Positions 58,505 to 64,000 of a stretch of DNA of 64,000 nt are shown here, in pieces (the first letter of the stretch is position 1; each line of letters opens with the position of its first letter). Made by a program: the position numbers and the translations under genes. The notes beneath the pieces are model-generated. The model was given only the letters and a program-made list of their open reading frames with translations, was not told the origin of the DNA and made no database searches. The DNA is from Treponemataceae bacterium (GTDB lineage Bacteria > Spirochaetota > Spirochaetia > Treponematales > Rectinemataceae): the NCBI GenBank assembly GCA_963678065.2, contig CAXXVZ010000002.1, positions 160,001 to 224,000 of the forward strand, in the 5' to 3' direction.

Positions 58505-59827
58505 CTACAACAACTCGCGCAAAAAAGTCAGCAGGTGGGAGGCGAGGTCTCCATGGGAAGAAAGGTCCTCCGAAAATGCCGAAAAACCGCCGGCTAAGGC
58601 CTGGGCACAGCTCAGAACCGACAGGAAGTCCTCGCCGCCGCCCCTGTGGGGATCGTCGCGGAGCCTGTCGTTGAAGGCGACAAAGAGTCTCTCCAGAAGG
58701 GGGAAAGAGGCCGGATCGAAGAAGGGGCGCATGCGGTCGAGAAGGGCGCGAACCTTGACGAGCTGGTGGGCATTCTCCTGGACGTAGGCGTGCCAGAGGA
58801 AGGGCCGCCCCGACAGCGCCGCCCGGGCGAGGGATTCCTCGCCGCGGACAATGGAAAAATCCGAAGCGAGGAGAACCTCGTCCCAGGGCTCCTGAGGGAG
58901 GAATGGCAGCGGGGCGACGGGGAATGGCGAGCCGGCCGATCTCCACGCGTCGAGAAAACATGCCTGACTCCTCCCCGCGGCCGCGAGGACCAGGAGGGGG
59001 GTCGCCGCGTCGAAGGCCGCCAGATCCGCGACGATGCGGGAATAGTCTCGCTCGTAGCTGAAGACGGTGATCCAGAACCTGTCCTCGGCCGGGACCTCAG
59101 GCTCATCGCGGGATTCGCCGGCAATCCCGGCTCCGGAGCTCTTTCCCGGAAGATCGACGCCGATCCGGCCGGCGAGGATTCGACGCGCCTCTCGCCGGGA
59201 TGATCCGCCGCGAAGAGCCTCGAGGGACCGGGCAAAGCCGCGATCCACGACGAGGCCGCCCGTCCGCTCCGTGAACCCGGGCATGAACATGTATTTCTTG
59301 ACAAGCGGAGAGCGGGTCAGAGAAGGCATGCGGTGGACCTCGTCGACCCAGGTCTCGGCGGAAAGGTATTCGAGGTTGACGATATGCCGCGTCACGGGAT
59401 CGGAGGGGTCGAAGAGAATCTCCTCGAACCAATCGGGCCGTCCACAGGCAAAACACTCGATGAGATGGCGGGGACGTTCGGCGAGAAAGAGTTCCCTGAC
59501 CGCCGCGGGGGCTTCGCTTCCCGCCGACGGGGACCGCCCGCCAGCAGCTCCCGTGGCAACCGCGGCTGCCGCCGTCGCTGCGACCTCTGCCGCGCCCGAG
59601 GGATTCCACCGGACCACTGTCCAGCCTCTATAGAATTGCAGATCGCGGGCCGGGTCGATCCCGGGGGCGAGCTGGGCGAAGGCGGGAAGGTCGTCGACAA
59701 TGATCCGGAGCCGGAGCGCTGGAGTGGCCTCCGACAGTGCGCGCGCAAGCCTGTAGACGAGGCCGATGTCGCCGTAGTTGTCGACCACCCGACAGAGGAG
59801 GTCGAGGGTCCGGATCTCTCTGTCCAT
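58505..59827 (-). CDS. earP: EF-P arginine rhamnosyltransferase
   Basis: CRVVDNYGDIG, ECFAC, NLEYLSAE, PGFTERTGGL, VRGEES, PFLWHAYVQE; immediately upstream of efp. Confidence 0.9.
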   Translation of the reverse strand: MDREIRTLDLLCRVVDNYGDIGLVYRLARALSEATPALRLRIIVDDLPAFAQLAPGIDPARDLQFYRGWTVVRWNPSGAAEVAATAAAAVATGAAGGRSPSAGSEAPAAVRELFLAERPRHLIECFACGRPDWFEEILFDPSDPVTRHIVNLEYLSAETWVDEVHRMPSLTRSPLVKKYMFMPGFTERTGGLVVDRGFARSLEALRGGSSRREARRILAGRIGVDLPGKSSGAGIAGESRDEPEVPAEDRFWITVFSYERDYSRIVADLAAFDAATPLLVLAAAGRSQACFLDAWRSAGSPFPVAPLPFLPQEPWDEVLLASDFSIVRGEESLARAALSGRPFLWHAYVQENAHQLVKVRALLDRMRPFFDPASFPLLERLFVAFNDRLRDDPHRGGGEDFLSVLSCAQALAGGFSAFSEDLSSHGDLASHLLTFLRELL

Positions 59828-59944
59828 CGGGGCATGGTCCGCGAAAGTGTGCACTTTGGCAAGCGGGTCAGACTGTGTCCCGTGCGAACAGGCAGGGTTC
59901 CTGCGCACTGGCATTCCGCTCCAACCTGATGTAATCATGGGGCA

Positions 59945-61882
59945 ATGGAAGAAGGTCCGTCCGGAACAGGGGCGATCGAAAGATCCGGACACAGGCGTGG
60001 CGCCGGATCTGTGGCCGCAGCTTCAGCCGTATCCTCGGCAGGCTTCGACCGACGGCTCAAAACGGCACTCGTCGCGGTCAATCTTTTCGTCTTCCTCCTC
60101 GCGTGTGTCGTCCTCTGGTTCGTGTACCTCCGAGCTGTGGAAGAGGCAAAGATCGCGACGCAGAATCTGGCCCTCACGCTGGAAAAACACATCTCCGGAG
60201 TATTCAAGAAGGCCGAAGTCGCGCTCTTCGCCGCCGGCGACGAGGCCGAGCGGCAGCTCGCGACCGCGGGCATCGATGCCGGCTCCTACAGCCGCTTCCT
60301 CGCCGTGCAGACGGGAAGGGTGCCCGAGGTGTCGGCCATCCGCATGGCCGACAAGACGGGGCGCATCCTCTTCGGGAAGGGCGTGGCGAAGGATTCCGCC
60401 GTCAACGTCGCCGACCGCGATTACTTTGTCCACGCGCGGGACGATCGGTCGGACGGCTCTTACATTTCGTCGCCCTACCTCAGCAGGATCTCCGGCGAAT
60501 GGACCATCAACATATCCCACAGGATCGTATACAGGGATGGAAGCTTCGCGGGCGTCGTCTATGCCGGTTTCCCGACCGCTTTCTTCACGGAACTCTTCTC
60601 CTCGCTCGATATCGGCCGGAGCGGGACTGCCGCGCTCAGGGACCATGAGCTGAAACTGATCGCCCGCCATCCCGATCCCGGGAAAAATGGCAGCTTCATC
60701 GGCCAGCAGATCAGCCAGGCTTCTTTTCTCGACAGGGCGCGGTCGGGGATCGAGCAGTGGACACAGACAGAACTCTCGGACATCGACGGCTTCTACAGGA
60801 TACTCTCGTTCAGAAAGATAGAAGGCTTTCCCCTCTACGTCTCCGTCGGGGTGGCATCCGCCGATTACTTGGCCGGATGGAACAATCTCGGCCTCGTGGT
60901 GATCCTTCTGATCGCCTTCTTCGTGGCCGTAACTGTCAGGCTGAGTCAGCTCATTCTGGTTTCATGGGGTAAGGAGAAGCGGGCCGAAGAGGATTTGCGG
61001 GAGTCGAACCGGCGACTGGAAGAGGGCATCAGCGAACGCACCGCCGATCTGAGCCGCGCCAACGACCGACTCAGGATGGAGCTCGAGGAGCGGGTGCGCA
61101 TAGAGAAGAGAATCCAGAACATCAACACCGAACTCGAACAGCGGGTTCGCGAACGGACCAGCCTTCTCGAGTCGACGAACAAGGAACTGGAGGCTTTCGC
61201 ATATTCGATTTCCCACGACTTGCGCTCGCCGCTGCGCGCGCTGGACGGCTTCAGCGAAGTTCTTCTCCGCGAATACGGGGAGAAGATGGATGGGCGCGGC
61301 AGGGAACTTCTGGAGCGCATTCAGACGGCATCGCGTAGGATGGGGCAGCTCATCAGCGATCTTCTCAACCTCTCCACGATCGCCCGCATGGGGTTCGCGC
61401 GGCAGGAAGTCGACCTCTCCATCATCGCGAGGGAGACGGTGGAAAAACTCAAAGCCGCCGATCCGGCGCGAAAAATCAGCGTCAGGATAGCGCCCGGCCT
61501 GAAGGCGATGGGCGACGAGCGGCTCATCCGGTTCATGATGGAGCACCTGATCGACAACGCCTGGAAGTTCACGGGCGGACAGGATGATGCGCGCGTGGAG
61601 ATCGGGTCGGACCGATCGGGCCCACAGAAAGAATTCTTCGTCAGAGACAATGGCGTCGGATTTGATATGGCCTACGCGGGCAATCTCTTCAAGCCCTTCC
61701 AGAGACTGCACGGCATACACGAGTTCCCCGGCAACGGCATAGGGCTGGTGACCGTCCAGCGGATCGTGGCGCGGCACGGCGGGACGATCCGGGTGGAGGC
61801 AGAACCCGGGCAAGGTGCAACCTTCCGTTTCACACTCCCGCCCGGGCCTCAAGGCGCTACATCGGAGTCATGTCCGGGATAG
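59945..61882 (+). CDS. Sensor histidine kinase (Cache-like sensor + HisKA + HATPase)
   Basis: TM, VADRDYF, FAYSISHDLRSPL, LIDNAWKFT, DNGVGFD, FQRLH, GIGL. Confidence 0.93.
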   Translation: MEEGPSGTGAIERSGHRRGAGSVAAASAVSSAGFDRRLKTALVAVNLFVFLLACVVLWFVYLRAVEEAKIATQNLALTLEKHISGVFKKAEVALFAAGDEAERQLATAGIDAGSYSRFLAVQTGRVPEVSAIRMADKTGRILFGKGVAKDSAVNVADRDYFVHARDDRSDGSYISSPYLSRISGEWTINISHRIVYRDGSFAGVVYAGFPTAFFTELFSSLDIGRSGTAALRDHELKLIARHPDPGKNGSFIGQQISQASFLDRARSGIEQWTQTELSDIDGFYRILSFRKIEGFPLYVSVGVASADYLAGWNNLGLVVILLIAFFVAVTVRLSQLILVSWGKEKRAEEDLRESNRRLEEGISERTADLSRANDRLRMELEERVRIEKRIQNINTELEQRVRERTSLLESTNKELEAFAYSISHDLRSPLRALDGFSEVLLREYGEKMDGRGRELLERIQTASRRMGQLISDLLNLSTIARMGFARQEVDLSIIARETVEKLKAADPARKISVRIAPGLKAMGDERLIRFMMEHLIDNAWKFTGGQDDARVEIGSDRSGPQKEFFVRDNGVGFDMAYAGNLFKPFQRLHGIHEFPGNGIGLVTVQRIVARHGGTIRVEAEPGQGATFRFTLPPGPQGATSESCPG

Positions 61883-64000
61883 CGCCCGGCATCGAGGATA
61901 TCCACTCGCCGATGTGCGCCGCGTCGACCGGCTTTGAAAAATAATCGCCCTGGATGGCGTCTATCCGCATGCCTGCGAGGAGCTCGAGCTGCCTCTTCTC
62001 CTCGACCCCCTCGACGATGATGTCGAGGCCGAACACTGCGGCCAGTTCGGAGAAAACTTCCAGAAGTCGCGTCACCCTCTCGTCCTTTCCGATCCCCGAG
62101 AGGAACTGCCGGTCTATTTTGATCGCGTCGAAGCGATAGTCCTTCAGGTAGCCGATCGAAGAATAGCCCGAACCGAAATCGTCGAGAAAAATCCGGAAAC
62201 CCTTTCCCCGGGCCGAATCGATCATCCGGCCTGTCAGTCCTGGGTCCTCGAGGAAGGTCGATTCGGTGAGTTCGAGAACGAGGTCGGAGGGAGCGGCCCC
62301 CTCCGCGACCACTGTCTCGACCATTTTTTCGATCAGGAAGGAATCCCGGATCTGGAGCGGGGAGAGGTTGACGCTGACATAGAAGCTCCGGTCGGGATAT
62401 TCCTTTTTCCAGAGGGCGATCTGTCGGGCCGCCTTGCGGATCATGTAGCGTCCGAGTTCGAGAATGAGGCTCGATTCTTCGGCCAAAGGAATGAATACGC
62501 CGGGCATGACGAGACCGTACTCCGCGTGGGGCCAGCGCGCTAGAGCCTCGAATCCGAGGCAGACACCGTCCGAGGCCCGGACGATCGGCTGGTAGAAGAC
62601 CCCGATCCCGTCGGTACGGACGGCGACATGCAGCTCGTTCTCCAGTTCCATGCGCCTGAAGACTTCTTCGCGCATTGTTTCGTCGAAAACCTCGCGCCTG
62701 GCTCGGCCGGCCGCCTTGGCCCTGTACATGGCTATGTCGGCATCCCTGAGGACATCCTCCGTTTCGGAATACTCCTTCCTTCCGAGGTTGACGCCGATGC
62801 TCGCGGTGATCATGAAATGCCCGTCGTCAATGTCGATGGGGATGGTGAGCGCCTCTTCGATACTGTCGACGACATCGTGCACTCTGCGTTCCGGATCGCC
62901 CTCCACAAGGACTAGGAACTCGTCTCCGCCGAGCCTGACGAGGCTCTCATGTTCGTGGATGCAGGATCGGAGGCGCCAGGCCACGGCGACGAGGACCTTG
63001 TCTCCTACATTGTGGCCTCTCGTATCGTTGATGAGTTTGAAGTGATCGAGATCGAGGAAGATGACGGCATACCGGGGCCCATCTCCTTCCTTCGCCCAAT
63101 GAAGAAGGTGGCCCAGCCTTTCGTTCAGCCATTTCCGGTTGTGCAGTCCCGTCAGAACGTCGTATTCGGCCTCGAAACGCAGACGGTCCTCCGCACGGCG
63201 GCGGTCGGTGACATCCGAATTGGAGCCGGCCATCCGGAGGGCGCCTGTTCCGGGGTCGCGGAGGGCAAGTCCCCGCGTGAGTATCCAGATGTATTCGCCG
63301 TCTTTCCTGCTGATCCTGTACTCGTTTTTGAATACTGAAGTCTTGCCATCGAGGTGGGCGAAAAGTTCGCGGTCAAAACCGGGCCGGTCGAGGCTGTGGA
63401 TGCGGCTGAACCATGCTTCGGGATCGGTGCCGAACCCGTCCCTGTCGAAACCGAGCATCTGGGCGAAACGCTCGGAAAAAAAAGCTTTCCGGGTGACGAA
63501 ATCGAGTTCCCACAAACCTTCGTTGGTCGCCCTCGCGACGAGGGAATAGCGCGCTTCGCTCGCCAGAAGAGCCTTGTCCATGCGTCGCTTTTCGTGAATG
63601 GACTCGAGGTATGCGTTGAACCAGCGCACAAGGTCGCCGACTTCATCCAGGCTGGCGGATTCGAGACGGAAATCATTGTCGAGGCTGCCCTGCCCAAGCG
63701 CCCGGAAAGCGTTGCTGATACTCCGGAGCGGAGTGATCCAGCGCCGGACGACTCCGATGGTGAACACGAGTGTGCCCGCGAACATGACGAGGGCGCAGAT
63801 CAGGGTCACGAGGTAGATATCCCTGTTCCTGCCGAGGAGAATGGACTCGGGCATGAGAGCGATGAGGGTCCAGTCGGTCCTGTCGATTTTTATCGAAAAA
63901 AGCAGATTCCGCCCTCTGTCGTCGTTGTGATACCGGATCCGGGCAGTGCCCGCGAGATCGGACAAAAGGCTCTCGGGAACCGGGCCTCCGGCTGCCACAT
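61857..64000 (-). CDS. HAMP-PAS-GGDEF-EAL diguanylate cyclase/phosphodiesterase (5' truncated by window)
   Basis: DEVGDL, EGLWE...WILTRG, DLDHFKLIND, RLGGDEF, FEALARW, LDDFGSGYSS, KIDR, EGVE, QGDYFSKP. Confidence 0.93.
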   Translation of the reverse strand, partial: VAAGGPVPESLLSDLAGTARIRYHNDDRGRNLLFSIKIDRTDWTLIALMPESILLGRNRDIYLVTLICALVMFAGTLVFTIGVVRRWITPLRSISNAFRALGQGSLDNDFRLESASLDEVGDLVRWFNAYLESIHEKRRMDKALLASEARYSLVARATNEGLWELDFVTRKAFFSERFAQMLGFDRDGFGTDPEAWFSRIHSLDRPGFDRELFAHLDGKTSVFKNEYRISRKDGEYIWILTRGLALRDPGTGALRMAGSNSDVTDRRRAEDRLRFEAEYDVLTGLHNRKWLNERLGHLLHWAKEGDGPRYAVIFLDLDHFKLINDTRGHNVGDKVLVAVAWRLRSCIHEHESLVRLGGDEFLVLVEGDPERRVHDVVDSIEEALTIPIDIDDGHFMITASIGVNLGRKEYSETEDVLRDADIAMYRAKAAGRARREVFDETMREEVFRRMELENELHVAVRTDGIGVFYQPIVRASDGVCLGFEALARWPHAEYGLVMPGVFIPLAEESSLILELGRYMIRKAARQIALWKKEYPDRSFYVSVNLSPLQIRDSFLIEKMVETVVAEGAAPSDLVLELTESTFLEDPGLTGRMIDSARGKGFRIFLDDFGSGYSSIGYLKDYRFDAIKIDRQFLSGIGKDERVTRLLEVFSELAAVFGLDIIVEGVEEKRQLELLAGMRIDAIQGDYFSKPVDAAHIGEWISSMPGAIPDMTPM

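Noticed and set aside
1..64000. Mobile elements, defence systems, tRNA/rRNA, riboswitches
   Set aside because: None recognised by eye. An Rfam/Infernal scan of the longer intergenic regions (19230-19660, 29520-29745, 31540-31675, 51310-51830) would be needed to exclude structured RNAs.

Overview
This is a GC-rich bacterial chromosomal window. Gene content suggests an anaerobe, possibly a free-living spirochaete (inference only). I found no rRNA, tRNA, CRISPR array, integrase or transposase. The left end (1-6.1 kb) holds regulators: a YesM/YesN-like two-component pair, ROK, AraC-GyrI and a stand-alone GyrI. The centre (about 6.2-42 kb) is an accessory catabolic region, with every gene from 9.8 to 41.3 kb on the minus strand. 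It encodes GntR, an HMG/CHA-type aldolase, Ldh_2, a W/Mo aldehyde:ferredoxin oxidoreductase, an SDR, a cupin, an IolN-like ring-cleaving hydrolase, two TRAP systems, an isomerase/epimerase, a Zn-dehydrogenase, a VOC protein, a secreted SLH-metallo-hydrolase, secreted tandem pseudo-esterase/esterase proteins, two HSL-family esterases, and a variant AroQ with MoaD/MoeB. The main hypothesis is that this gene set encodes a non-aromatic, anaerobic route from quinate (released from esters) to pyruvate plus oxaloacetate via 4-carboxy-4-hydroxy-2-oxoadipate. A repeated promoter/operator (TTGACA-N17-GARRAT-N4-CCGATATAT) ties the region together, and it contains two decayed gene copies absent from the ORF track. 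The right end (42-64 kb) holds a Nudix hydrolase, a glf-GT4-flippase-like-GT2 glycolipid cluster, a frameshifted J-domain gene, amt-glnK with a sigma-54-type promoter, arsR-acr3-arsC, earP-efp(Arg32), a histidine kinase and a PAS-GGDEF-EAL protein. All family calls come from motif recognition, not database searches.
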